Shown: positions 37,900-48,400, counted from the first letter of the stretch. The stretch is DNA of 64,000 bases from an uncultured virus (IMG/VR IMGVR_UViG_3300044640_001367) (IMGVR_UViG_3300044640_001367:1-64000), one strand, 5' to 3'. Numbers and translations: made by a program. The notes: generated by a model not told the origin, from the letters alone.

Positions 37900-40040
37900 A
37901 AATTATACAAGTTAATCTGGGTTTATTGCCTATTCCACCCAATGGATGGGGAGCGGTTGAAAAAATTATTTGGGATTACTACCAGCTTCTAAATAATAAA
38001 GGATTGGATTGTCAAATAAAATATTTGAATGAAATTCATTATGCGGATGACACAATTGTACACGTCCACGTAGCAAATCTTGCGAACGAATGTCATAAAC
38101 GTGGTATACCGTATATCTTTAGTTTACACGATCACCATTCTTATTTATATGGTAAAGAGTCAGATGTATATAAAGAAAACCTTCAAGCTATTGAGAACAG
38201 TGTACTATCAACATGTCCAGCCAAATATTTGGTTGATTATTTTGGCAGTAAGAAATTACGTTACTTTTCTCACGCGGTTAACACAGATGTATTCGTGTGC
38301 AAAAATAATAAAAACGATGTAAATAAATTGTTATGCGTTGCAAATAATGGTTATGCGAATAATCAATCTTATGACAGAAAGGGATTTGTATACGCAATTA
38401 AAGTTGCTAAAGAATTAGGATATCCAATTACAATTGCTGGTCCATCAAATAATAAAAAGTTCTTTGATCATTTAGATTCTGAATTAAATAATTACGATAA
38501 ATTAACCAAGCTATTTGATTTAACGGAGGAACAATTAATTAATTTATACAATGATCATTCTATATTTTTACACCCATCTGAATTAGAAGCCGGACATCCC
38601 AATTTAACTTTGTTAGAAGCAATGAGTTGTGGTTTACCTGTAGTAGGTACATTTGAAGAAAAATCATATAACGGTATGATTGTAGTTGATCGCAATGTAG
38701 AACAAATCAAGTCTGCTGTACAAACGATAACTAGTGATTATGACACGTATAAAAATAAAGCACTTCAATCCGCAAACGAAAATTCTTACTTCAATCGCGT
38801 GCATCAATTAATTGATTTATATGATCACTATACCGAAAGATTATTCGCCATTCGTCATATTAATGTTTATGAAAATATAAAAAAGAATGAACAAAGTATT
38901 AAAACAAAAGCTATATTTAAATATACGTTCAATGACGCAGCTAAGATAGAAGTAGACAATCCATTGGATACAGATCAAAGTTTCCACGTCACATTCTATA
39001 ATAGTGACGACGACACGATTAAGTACGAAACTGATTTAAAACATAATTGGTGGGGAAGTTGTAATTTTACATATTACATTCCTTATGAAATTCATATTAA
39101 AGATAATAAGACAAATGAATTGGTAGAAACTTATAAATTTAATTTAAAGAATAAAAAGGTATTGATTGAATATGAAAGTTTTTCTTTAGGCGATCAATTA
39201 GCTTGGATGCCTATCATAGAACAATTCAGAAAGAAACACGAATGCGATCTTTACGTAAAATTGCCTTTAAAAAATATTTTTGAGAAAAAATATCCTAAAA
39301 TTAAGTTTATTGACAATAACAAATTTGTATCGGATGTATTCGCTACTTACAAATTGGGATATTATGTTGACGAAAATGGAGCAAACAATGATAGATGTAA
39401 ATCTGATCCTAGAAAACAACCACTGCAAAAAATAGCAAGTGATTATTTGGGATTGCCATATGAACCAGAGTCGCCTTTGATTGATTTTAAAATCAAAGAA
39501 CGACCACTAAAGAAAAGATATGTTACTATCGCAACACAAAGTACCTGTCAAGCCAAATATTGGAATAATAAAGGCGGATGGGAAAAAGTAATCGAGTATC
39601 TTAAATCCAAAGATTTTGAAGTAATTTGTATCGATAAACATAAAGTATTTGGTAATGGCCGGGATTGTGTCAACAATATGCCATCAAATGCGTTAGATTA
39701 TACAGGAGATAAACCACTTGTGGATCGTATGAATCAGATACACCACAGCGAATTCTTTATTGGTTTACCATCTGGCTTATCTTGGTTAGCTTGGGCAGTT
39801 AAAAAGCCAGTTGTACTTATTAGTGGGTTTTCTTATCCATATGCTGAATTTGAAACTCCATATAGAGTGCAAAATCACTCAGTATGTACAGGATGTTGGA
39901 ATGATTCTTTATTTGATAAGGGAAATTGGAAATGGTGTCCAAAATCAGATAAAAAAGAAGAATTTGAATGTACCAAAGAAATAACCCCAAAGATGGTTAT
40001 TGATGTTATCGATCAATTATTAATAGAACAAAAAATTTAA
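37896..40040 (+). CDS. GT4 glycosyltransferase fused to autotransporter O-heptosyltransferase (TibC/AAH family)
   Basis: N-half: IPPNGWGAVE and EAGHPNLTLLEAMSCGLPVVG. C-half: SLGDQLAW, QSTCQAKYWNN..GW, FIGLPSGLSWLAW, LISGFS...EF.TPYRV, and a four-Cys iron finger (CTGC, WCP, FECT). Confidence 0.88.
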   Translation: MKIIQVNLGLLPIPPNGWGAVEKIIWDYYQLLNNKGLDCQIKYLNEIHYADDTIVHVHVANLANECHKRGIPYIFSLHDHHSYLYGKESDVYKENLQAIENSVLSTCPAKYLVDYFGSKKLRYFSHAVNTDVFVCKNNKNDVNKLLCVANNGYANNQSYDRKGFVYAIKVAKELGYPITIAGPSNNKKFFDHLDSELNNYDKLTKLFDLTEEQLINLYNDHSIFLHPSELEAGHPNLTLLEAMSCGLPVVGTFEEKSYNGMIVVDRNVEQIKSAVQTITSDYDTYKNKALQSANENSYFNRVHQLIDLYDHYTERLFAIRHINVYENIKKNEQSIKTKAIFKYTFNDAAKIEVDNPLDTDQSFHVTFYNSDDDTIKYETDLKHNWWGSCNFTYYIPYEIHIKDNKTNELVETYKFNLKNKKVLIEYESFSLGDQLAWMPIIEQFRKKHECDLYVKLPLKNIFEKKYPKIKFIDNNKFVSDVFATYKLGYYVDENGANNDRCKSDPRKQPLQKIASDYLGLPYEPESPLIDFKIKERPLKKRYVTIATQSTCQAKYWNNKGGWEKVIEYLKSKDFEVICIDKHKVFGNGRDCVNNMPSNALDYTGDKPLVDRMNQIHHSEFFIGLPSGLSWLAWAVKKPVVLISGFSYPYAEFETPYRVQNHSVCTGCWNDSLFDKGNWKWCPKSDKKEEFECTKEITPKMVIDVIDQLLIEQKI

Positions 40041-40119
40041 AGATATAATAAATAGTTAGTTCTTGGATTTTTCAGTTATATTTATAAATTAAATATAACT
40101 TCGAAAGGATATTAATATT

Positions 40120-43100
40120 ATGCCAATAACAGAAGGCGGAAGATTCGCCCCAACACAAAATATAGTAAGCCCAGGTGTATTCACACGTGAAAATGACCTC
40201 TCCGGTCTGGCTCAAGGAGTAGCAAACATTGGAGGAGCAATTATTGCTCCATTCGCTGACGGACCAGCGTTTTTTCCAAATACAATAACCAGCGTATCCG
40301 ACTTGGAAACAAGATTCGGTGTCGCTGATGGTGTGTATTATGGACCATACACAGCGAAAGAATATCTACTACAACAAGGTATAGTTACTATTGTTCGTGT
40401 AGGTGGTCTAACCGGTTACTGGCAAAAGAATCCATTGATTGTATATGCCCAACCAGGTATCTGGGACAGAAACGCTGATAAAGGAGCTATCACAACAGCT
40501 TCATTTATGTATATTGATACTACTGACTATGTATCAAACGTTAATTATCAACAAACTAGTACCGCTGTTAACATCACTGGTTCGGCTGAAATTAAGGGTT
40601 CAGTAGGCAGTGGTATAACAGGATCAGCTACATTTACGAGAGCAACAACTGCTGAAATTTCATCATATTTAGCTACAGTCGGAAGTGTTACTGGAATCAA
40701 TGCACTTTCAGCTTCTTTGGCAACTTCATCCAGTTTGGGTAAAGTATACAAAGTTGTTTCCACAAGACATTATGAATTGTTTAGCAGCTCTGTTGTTGCC
40801 AGAAACGGTAAAGTTGCAAAAGCGGGATCTTCAGTAGATCATTCTTTGGCCGCATTTGATTTTGATAAATCGCGTATAAGTGGTAGTGTTACTGTCGGAG
40901 GTGGTGGTTCAAGTAAGTTCAAACTAACATTTGATAGTTCAAACAATAATTACTTAACCGCATCATTTACTGCTCCAAATACATTTGGTTTGGTTTTTGC
41001 TAACTACGGTGCAAATTCATCATTATCATTTACAACTGCGAGTTTGAGTGGTGCTGGATTGAGTTCTTCAATTCAATTGGTACAACGCATTGATATTTCG
41101 ACGATGACAATCAGTGGATCGTTGAATGTAAAATTCGGATCCGCAGCTGTAACAAGTGGTGTAACTGCAGATGACGCTGACGGTGTAGGTAAGTTAAGTG
41201 GTAGTATCTTGTACGCTAATAAAACAGTTGATATCGGTACAGTTTCTTCTGGGTTATTAGTACGTAAATTTAGTACCGCTACTCTAGCAAATGGTAATGC
41301 AAAGCCAGTTGGTACTAAATTCTTCTTGTTGACATCAAGTTTACAAGGCGCAAATATAGATGCCGAAACATCCGTGGCCACAGCATTTGATGAAAGTACA
41401 ACAACCGTTGATCTAGTAAGTTCATCTTACTTCAATGGTAATATCGCTTACAATTTATCAAACTTCAATGTAGAAGCAGGCACAACACTAACACTACAAA
41501 GTGGTAGTTTCCATTCACTACGTGGTGTTGGAAGTTGTGTAGCCGGTCTACAAGTAATAGGTGTGATAAGTGGTGACTTCGGTAAGTATAGTGGCGCATT
41601 TACAAGTCAAGACAATGCAAGCCCAGATCAATGTAATCCAGTACTAACAGGTCGTCAAAAGTTGATCTTGTCAGTATTAGCAAATACCCAAAATGCTTCT
41701 ACACAATTTAGCAATGATTATGAAGTATACGGATTCAATACCTCAACATTGAGCCAATTGACAAGTAGTACATTCCCATATAAGAATGTAATCGACCCTA
41801 ATGCAAATGTTTACAACTTGGCATTAAAGTATAGTTATACAAATACAGCTGGTGGCACAAGTGCTGGTACATATGGTTACTACGACTTCAGTTTAAATGA
41901 AAACGATAATAACTATATCAAAGACGTATTTGGTATGGATCCAACCGTTGGCAATCCTAATAAACAAGTGGCTGGTCAAAAAGTTGAAGCTGCTTACAAC
42001 TACGTTCTATTCGAAGATAGCATCAAGAAGTTCGTAGCTGAAAAGACAAGTGCTTATGGATGGAAACTACAAGTAGGCACAAGCAATCTATCAGGAAGTT
42101 CAATTGTTGGCGAACCTCTAAAGTTTGTCGATCAATATAGTACTGATTTGAATAACGGCGATAGTCAATTTAGCATCACCAATGCTTCTACCCCTTGGAT
42201 CTACAGTCAAAAGATTGCTCCATTCAAAGGTAGTGCTGATGTAGCCGCTTCACCAACTAAGTTCAAGTTGTTCAAAGTTCACACTTTGAGCGATGGCACA
42301 CCAAGTAACACTAAGTTCAAGATTGAAATCAGCAACGTTAAGTTGTCTGGTACTGTCCCAGGCAGTGAATGGGGTAGTTTCACACTATCAGTACGTGCTT
42401 ATAGTGATACTGATAAGAAGCCAAAGTATTTGGAAATCTATCAAAACTTGAATTTGGATCCAGAATCCGCAAACTATGTTGCTCGTAGAATTGGTAACAG
42501 ATATGCATATATCACTTATGCTGGTAAAATAATTCAATTCGGTGATTTTACCACATTAAGTAAGTATATCAGAATTGAAGCCAGTGACGTTTCTTACCCA
42601 GTAAGTTGCGTACCATACGGATTTGAATCATATAGTACACCTATTGATAGTACTGCAAGTAGTTATGTACCTGCTATACAATACAGTAAGGCAAGTATCT
42701 ACGGTCTAGGGCCTGGTAAGTATCCATCAGGTACAGTATTTGGTAGTGTACCAGGTACTGACACTGAAATTCAAGCTCTATATCCAACATCTTCATTTGG
42801 TGTAGGTGTAGAAAATAACACTAAGCAATACTTCAAGCCATTGCCATACTATGGATCAACTGATAGTAATGGTGCAAATATCGACTTCGATTTAGAAGAT
42901 AAGGTATGGGGTACAACAAATAGTAAATTCTATGCTCAGGGTACATACGTGAGTACAGGATCATTACTATCTCCAACATTGAGTGGTAGTATTCCAAGTG
43001 TTTACGACGCTGTAAATGAATCTACATATGTCAGACTACGTAAGTTCGTACTTGGATTCCAAGGCGGATTTGAAGGTCAATGGCCAGCAATTCCAATCAA

Positions 43101-44034
43101 TGTGGGTGGTAATATTACAGCTGGTAATACACAAGGTTTAGATTGTACAAATATCAATAGTCCTGGTAGTATCGCTTATAAGCAATCTATTGCTGCAATC
43201 GGTAATCCAGATGAATTTGATATCAACTTGATTGTAACCCCAGGTATATTCCGTGAACAACACAGTTATGTAACTGAATTGGTTATCGATATGTGTGAAA
43301 CTCGTCAAGATTGTTTCTACATTATGGATAACGTAGTGTTCCCAGCAAGCAATCAAACCGTAGGATTGATTGATGCAGCTATCAACAGTGTAGCCACAAT
43401 CGACAGTAATTATGTAGGTACTTATTATCCTTGGGTTAAGATCCTAGATACTAACACCAACAAGATTATCAATGTTCCTCCTTCAGTGGTATTACCAGCA
43501 GTTTACGCTGCTAACGATAACTCCGCTGCTGAATGGTACGCTCCAGCAGGTCTAAACCGTGGTGGTATTGCAACCGCTGTACAAGTACTTGATCGTGTAA
43601 CCCACGGTGAACGTGATACGTTGTACGAAGGTCGTGTAAATCCAATCGCAGCATTCCCCGGTCAAGGTATCTGTGTATGGGGTCAAAAGACTCTACAAAT
43701 CGCCCCAAGCGCTTTGGATCGTATCAATGTACGTCGTTTGTTGATCAACTTGAAGAAGTTTATCGCAAGTTCAAGCAACTACTTGGTATTCGAACAAAAC
43801 GTTGCTTCTACAAGAAATCGTTTCTTGAGTATTGTAACTCCATACTTGGAATCAGTACAACAACGTAACGGTATCTACGCATTCCAAGTCAAAATGGACG
43901 ATGAAAACAATACTCCTGACTTGATTGATCGTAATGTTCTTTACGGACAAATCTTCATCCAACCAACTAGAACTGCTGAATTCATTATTCTTGATTTCAA
44001 CATTCTACCAACAGGTGCTAGTTTTAGTTCCTAA
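40120..44034 (+). CDS. gp18: Contractile tail sheath protein, 1304 aa with large Ser/Thr-rich insertions
   Basis: VSPGVFTRENDL N-terminus, YYPWV, VPPS, WYAPAGLNRG, VNPI, WGQKTLQ, LDRINVRRLL and IQPTRTAEFI motifs. Confidence 0.96.
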   Translation: MPITEGGRFAPTQNIVSPGVFTRENDLSGLAQGVANIGGAIIAPFADGPAFFPNTITSVSDLETRFGVADGVYYGPYTAKEYLLQQGIVTIVRVGGLTGYWQKNPLIVYAQPGIWDRNADKGAITTASFMYIDTTDYVSNVNYQQTSTAVNITGSAEIKGSVGSGITGSATFTRATTAEISSYLATVGSVTGINALSASLATSSSLGKVYKVVSTRHYELFSSSVVARNGKVAKAGSSVDHSLAAFDFDKSRISGSVTVGGGGSSKFKLTFDSSNNNYLTASFTAPNTFGLVFANYGANSSLSFTTASLSGAGLSSSIQLVQRIDISTMTISGSLNVKFGSAAVTSGVTADDADGVGKLSGSILYANKTVDIGTVSSGLLVRKFSTATLANGNAKPVGTKFFLLTSSLQGANIDAETSVATAFDESTTTVDLVSSSYFNGNIAYNLSNFNVEAGTTLTLQSGSFHSLRGVGSCVAGLQVIGVISGDFGKYSGAFTSQDNASPDQCNPVLTGRQKLILSVLANTQNASTQFSNDYEVYGFNTSTLSQLTSSTFPYKNVIDPNANVYNLALKYSYTNTAGGTSAGTYGYYDFSLNENDNNYIKDVFGMDPTVGNPNKQVAGQKVEAAYNYVLFEDSIKKFVAEKTSAYGWKLQVGTSNLSGSSIVGEPLKFVDQYSTDLNNGDSQFSITNASTPWIYSQKIAPFKGSADVAASPTKFKLFKVHTLSDGTPSNTKFKIEISNVKLSGTVPGSEWGSFTLSVRAYSDTDKKPKYLEIYQNLNLDPESANYVARRIGNRYAYITYAGKIIQFGDFTTLSKYIRIEASDVSYPVSCVPYGFESYSTPIDSTASSYVPAIQYSKASIYGLGPGKYPSGTVFGSVPGTDTEIQALYPTSSFGVGVENNTKQYFKPLPYYGSTDSNGANIDFDLEDKVWGTTNSKFYAQGTYVSTGSLLSPTLSGSIPSVYDAVNESTYVRLRKFVLGFQGGFEGQWPAIPINVGGNITAGNTQGLDCTNINSPGSIAYKQSIAAIGNPDEFDINLIVTPGIFREQHSYVTELVIDMCETRQDCFYIMDNVVFPASNQTVGLIDAAINSVATIDSNYVGTYYPWVKILDTNTNKIINVPPSVVLPAVYAANDNSAAEWYAPAGLNRGGIATAVQVLDRVTHGERDTLYEGRVNPIAAFPGQGICVWGQKTLQIAPSALDRINVRRLLINLKKFIASSSNYLVFEQNVASTRNRFLSIVTPYLESVQQRNGIYAFQVKMDDENNTPDLIDRNVLYGQIFIQPTRTAEFIILDFNILPTGASFSS

Positions 44035-44055
44035 TCTAAAGTAAATATAATAACG

Positions 44056-44086
44056 AACCCCGCTTAGAAATAAGCGGGGTTTTTTA
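44056..44086 (+). terminator. Intrinsic terminator after sheath (GAAA loop)
   Basis: AACCCCGCTTA-GAAA-TAAGCGGGGTT followed by a T-run. Confidence 0.9.
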
Positions 44087-44109
44087 TTTGATGGGTATAT
44101 TTATATATT

Positions 44110-44400
44110 ATGATACGACTGACTAAAATCATTGAAGATTTAACCAAACCACAAGTTAAAGAATCAATTGATCCATCCCTATTAATATTAATCGACAGAG
44201 TTATCACTGATACCAATGTATTAGTGGTTAATAATTTGGAAATGGTAAAAAAAATGTTATCTGAAGGGACTATTGATAAAGCTAAATTGGATGTAGCATT
44301 AAGTAATTATAAGCGTTATTTTAATAGAGATAATGGTGGTACGCCTGAAGTTATACGTGGTATGACTATGCAATCTAAACTAGACCAATTAGCAAAATGA
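44110..44400 (+). CDS. Hypothetical protein, 96 aa, with MIRLTKIIE leader
   Basis: ORF after TATTTATA (44098-44105). ATGA overlap with the next gene. Confidence 0.7.
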   Translation: MIRLTKIIEDLTKPQVKESIDPSLLILIDRVITDTNVLVVNNLEMVKKMLSEGTIDKAKLDVALSNYKRYFNRDNGGTPEVIRGMTMQSKLDQLAK

Positions 44401-45170
44401 TCAGTTTAACCGATTTATTATTAGAAGCCAAACTTCCTCAGAGCGAGCAAGATATGGATCTTTATGCTCGTAAATACAAAAAAACAATAGATTATTTACG
44501 TACCAAAAACAAAGTACTATTATTAACTACTAGTAATAGATGGAGTGGACATAAAGATGATATTGCTAAAAGTACACAACTTGCATTTAAAATACAAGAA
44601 TTACTTGGTAAAGAAAAAGTAACTTTGATTGATACAACCAAGTTAAACATATTTCCGTGTGAGGGTAACGTATCATCTAAATGGGGAAATCATTGTGGAA
44701 CAAAAGATTCTTCATTAAAAGATAAAGAGAAAAATCCTACAGGTGATCATCGTTGCTGGGCTAGTATAAATAATAAAAGTGATGAATTATGGAAAATAAG
44801 TAAAGAATTATTTGAAAGTGATGTCGTTTTATTTTTTGCTAGTGTGAGATGGGGACAAGCCAACGGTTTTTATCAGAAATTAATTGAGAGATTGACGTGG
44901 ATTGAGAACAGACATTCTACTTTGGGTGAAAGTAATATAGTAAAAGATATAGATTCAGGATTTATTGCTACTGGTCAAAATTGGAATGGAAAAGATGTTA
45001 CTCAAACACAAAAAGAAGTATTACAATTTTTTGGATTCAAAACGCCAAATGAATTATTTTGGAATTGGCAATTTACAGATAATGCTCTTGATGAAACAAA
45101 GAGTTCTTACAAAAAAGCAATTCCTGTATTTGATAAAACATTTTTAAAACCATATGATAAGACTAAATAA
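44397..45170 (+). CDS. Flavodoxin-fold NADPH-dependent FMN reductase / iron-sulfur-flavoprotein-like protein
   Basis: VLLLTTSNR...STQLA, IFPCEG, CG...RCW, DEL..I...LFESDVVLFFASVRWG and KLIERL motifs. Confidence 0.75.
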   Translation: MISLTDLLLEAKLPQSEQDMDLYARKYKKTIDYLRTKNKVLLLTTSNRWSGHKDDIAKSTQLAFKIQELLGKEKVTLIDTTKLNIFPCEGNVSSKWGNHCGTKDSSLKDKEKNPTGDHRCWASINNKSDELWKISKELFESDVVLFFASVRWGQANGFYQKLIERLTWIENRHSTLGESNIVKDIDSGFIATGQNWNGKDVTQTQKEVLQFFGFKTPNELFWNWQFTDNALDETKSSYKKAIPVFDKTFLKPYDKTK

Positions 45171-46188
45171 TATATTAAACGAAGTAATTAGTGAAGGCGG
45201 TGTTGGTGGACATATGGCACACCCATTTGATTTTGCCGATACAGGCGCTAAATTGGTAGATGTATTTGCAAAATCAGTTAAATCTTTAAAACAAGGAGCT
45301 GGCAGTGTAAAGATTGACGGTGTTAATGCAAGTATTCGTATGGTAAACGGTCAATTTGTAATGGATCGTGGATCAGCAAAACCGCTTGATATTAAAGGAA
45401 TGCGACCTGAGGACTTACAAACAAGATTTGGAGCTGGTCATGGATTTGTCAATATAGGGGCTAAAGTTATTAATATATTCGACGCAGCAATTTCATCTAC
45501 ACAAACTGAGTTAAAGACATTGGGTTTATTAGATAATCCTAATATACTATTCAACATTGAATATGTAGAGGGTCAAACAAATGTACTTGGATATGGAGAA
45601 ATTGGAAACTTTTTAGCTATTCACGGGTTAAAAGAAATTAAGCCAAAAACTTTTGGTAAAGATGGAAGTGTTAAATCAAGAGAAGCTGTTGAAATACCGT
45701 ATGATAAAACAGCTATGCAATCTTATATAAACAAATTAAATGTGGTTGCTATGAAGAGTGGTTTTAAGGTATTGGGTAGTGTTGATACTACTTTCAAATC
45801 AAAACCAAACCTAGCGAGTGTTTTGACGCAATCAGTTACGTTGTATCCCACAGGTGAAGCTGTAACTAAGTCTTTGAAAGACTGGTTAAAAGGATTACAG
45901 TTTAAAACGCCACTGATTACCCGTGAACAATTTTTAAAATCGGTTGATAGTAAAAATATCAGTCAAGATTTTGCCGGTCAAGATGTAAATAAAATAGTTA
46001 ATGATACTATTGTTTATTTAACCACAATTAAATTGGGAGACGAAATATTAAAAAATGCTACCAGTGAAATTGGCGATTTAGAAAAACACGAAGGTATAGT
46101 TGTGAGAGATTCAAGTATTTACAGTGATCCATTTAAAATTACAGGAAGTTTTATTATAAAAGGTCTTGGAAGTAAGTTTAAGAAATAA
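45154..46188 (+). CDS. Putative ATP-dependent ligase-fold nucleotidyltransferase
   Basis: GHMAHPFD, VKIDGVN (motif I KxDG), NIEYV, HEGIVVR (motif IV) and PFKITG (motif V). Confidence 0.5.
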   Translation: MIRLNNILNEVISEGGVGGHMAHPFDFADTGAKLVDVFAKSVKSLKQGAGSVKIDGVNASIRMVNGQFVMDRGSAKPLDIKGMRPEDLQTRFGAGHGFVNIGAKVINIFDAAISSTQTELKTLGLLDNPNILFNIEYVEGQTNVLGYGEIGNFLAIHGLKEIKPKTFGKDGSVKSREAVEIPYDKTAMQSYINKLNVVAMKSGFKVLGSVDTTFKSKPNLASVLTQSVTLYPTGEAVTKSLKDWLKGLQFKTPLITREQFLKSVDSKNISQDFAGQDVNKIVNDTIVYLTTIKLGDEILKNATSEIGDLEKHEGIVVRDSSIYSDPFKITGSFIIKGLGSKFKK

Positions 46189-46206
46189 ATTAAATACGTA
46201 TTTGTT

Positions 46207-46854
46207 ATGAAGAAAGCATCAGGTAAAAGTAATCTAGGCATCGTTAAAGATTACCTAGAAGGCAATCGTCCATTCGTACAAGTTGGCTACGATGCCAATT
46301 TGGAGAACAATAAACGCAAAGAAGGTGAAGAATGGGAGGATAGTCAAGGACACAAATGGGTTTGGAAGAATAATAGTAAACGCAGAGTTTCAAAACGTGC
46401 CACGATTATTAATGAAAAACGTTGTAAAACGTGTAATATGGATGTTCGATGGGGCAATTATTTGGACGACCGAGTTTGGCCTAAAACTGGATATTGTTAC
46501 GACTGTTTTATTAATTTTCAAACTGAGTTAAAATTGATGGGTATGTTTGATGTCTATAATGAACTGCAGGATTTAAAAAATGAACGTAGTATTTTAGAAG
46601 ATTATAAGAAAAAGTTTGAAGAAAGTAAAAAGTTCTGTGAAGAAAATAAAGATAAAGATGTTACATTTCTTGAAGAAGATGGATCATTTGAAAAATGGGA
46701 TGGCAATATAGATTACAATAAAATATTTGAAGATTTAATTAAAGATATAGGGGTTATTGATATACGATTAGATGAACTGACCCCTAAGATAAAAGAATAC
46801 GAAGAAAAATATGAGTCAGCCAAATCTCAGAGAAATAATAAAACAAGAGTATAA
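46207..46854 (+). CDS. Hypothetical Zn-finger protein upstream of terminase
   Basis: CKTC...CYDC pairs. Overlaps the terL start by 44 nt. Confidence 0.7.
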   Translation: MKKASGKSNLGIVKDYLEGNRPFVQVGYDANLENNKRKEGEEWEDSQGHKWVWKNNSKRRVSKRATIINEKRCKTCNMDVRWGNYLDDRVWPKTGYCYDCFINFQTELKLMGMFDVYNELQDLKNERSILEDYKKKFEESKKFCEENKDKDVTFLEEDGSFEKWDGNIDYNKIFEDLIKDIGVIDIRLDELTPKIKEYEEKYESAKSQRNNKTRV

Positions 46855-48400
46855 GAAGTGTATAGAGGATCCTATATACTTTATGAAGAAGTATGTTAAG
46901 ATTCAACATCCTATTAGAGGCACGGTTGCATTTGAACTATATCCATTTCAAGAAGATGCTTTACAAAACTTTGTTGATAATCAATTAAACATTGTTCTTA
47001 AGAGTCGTCAGATGGGTATCAGTACCCTTACAGCCGCTTATAGTTTGTGGTTAATGACATTTCATAATGATAAGAACATTCTTTGTATTAGTATTACGCA
47101 AGAAACAGCGAAAGAAATTGTCACTAAGGTAAGATTTGCAAACGATAACCTTCCAAGTTGGTTAAAAGTTCCTTGTGTAGAAGATAATAGATTGTCATTA
47201 CGATTAAAAAATGGTTCACAAATCAAAGCAGTTTCATCCGCCGGCACAGCAGGTCGTTCATCAGCACTATCTTTACTAATTATCGACGAAGCCGCATTTA
47301 TCGATGGTATTGAAGAAATTTGGCTGTCTTCTCAATATACACTGTCTACTGGTGGTAGAGCTATTATACTAAGTACGCCAAACGGTGTTGGCAATTTCTT
47401 CCATAAAATTTGGGTTGAATCTGAAGAAGGCAAGAATAATTTTAAAACAATTAGATTACCTTGGCATTTACACCCAGAAAGAGATCAAACGTGGAGAGAT
47501 AAACAAACTGAGTTGTCAGGAGTAAAAGGTGCAGCACAAGAATGTGATTGCGACTTTAGTACATCTGGTAATCAAGTTGTAAGTGTAGATATTCTTGAGT
47601 TTTACAAACAAACACATCTAAAAGATCCTGTTGAAAAGCGAGGTAACAATCAAGACCTATGGATCTGGGATTATCCTAATTATAGTAAAAACTACATATT
47701 GACAGCTGACTGTGCTAGAGGAGACGGTGGTGATTTTAGTGCATTCCACGTTATAGATATAGAAACATTGGAACAAGTAGCTGAATATAAAGGTCAGTTA
47801 ACTACAAAAGATTATGGAAACTTATTGGTTAGTGTTGCTACTGAATATAACAATGCTTTATTGGTGGTAGAAAATAACACTATAGGGTGGGCTACATTAC
47901 AACAAATTATTGACCGAGACTATCAAAATACGTTTTATAGCGCAACTGATTTGACGGTGATTGATGTAGAAAAAACATATTCTAATAAATTAAATACAGC
48001 TGATAAAAAGTTAATTCCTGGATTTACAACAACTAGTAAAAATAGACCTTTAATCGTAAGTAATTTGGAGTTATTTTTTAGACAAAAACAAGTGATTATG
48101 AAGTCTAAAAGATTATATGAAGAACTGAATGTGTTCGTTTGGAACGGACCCAAAGCAGAAGCGATGAGGGGTTATAATGACGATTTAGTTATGGCAATTG
48201 GAATTGGATTGTGGATACGTGAAACAGCGTTGAAGCTTAGAAATGAACAAATAGCTTATAACCGTGCAATCATTTCAAAAATATCAAAAGTCTCAAGTCA
48301 AATTTCAATTCCGAAACAAGTAAGCGCGGTACCAGATCATCATAAAACTATGGATTTCACGGTAAATGACAAAAAAGAAAGTTTAACTTGGTTGATGTAA
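46811..48400 (+). CDS. gp17: Terminase large subunit
   Basis: DPIYF...YVKI, LYPFQ, KSRQMGIST (deviant Walker A), IIDEAAF, LSTPNG, and nuclease motifs TADCARGDGGDFS, VENN and NDDLVMA. Confidence 0.96.
   Translation: MSQPNLREIIKQEYKKCIEDPIYFMKKYVKIQHPIRGTVAFELYPFQEDALQNFVDNQLNIVLKSRQMGISTLTAAYSLWLMTFHNDKNILCISITQETAKEIVTKVRFANDNLPSWLKVPCVEDNRLSLRLKNGSQIKAVSSAGTAGRSSALSLLIIDEAAFIDGIEEIWLSSQYTLSTGGRAIILSTPNGVGNFFHKIWVESEEGKNNFKTIRLPWHLHPERDQTWRDKQTELSGVKGAAQECDCDFSTSGNQVVSVDILEFYKQTHLKDPVEKRGNNQDLWIWDYPNYSKNYILTADCARGDGGDFSAFHVIDIETLEQVAEYKGQLTTKDYGNLLVSVATEYNNALLVVENNTIGWATLQQIIDRDYQNTFYSATDLTVIDVEKTYSNKLNTADKKLIPGFTTTSKNRPLIVSNLELFFRQKQVIMKSKRLYEELNVFVWNGPKAEAMRGYNDDLVMAIGIGLWIRETALKLRNEQIAYNRAIISKISKVSSQISIPKQVSAVPDHHKTMDFTVNDKKESLTWLM

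Noticed and set aside
46207..46854. Terminase small subunit
   Set aside because: Only its position supports this. No recognisable gp16 motif was found, so it is left as hypothetical.
40120..48400. Intein or intron in the long sheath or in terminase
   Set aside because: No splice-junction or homing-endonuclease motifs were seen, the terminase is of normal length, and the ORFs are uninterrupted.
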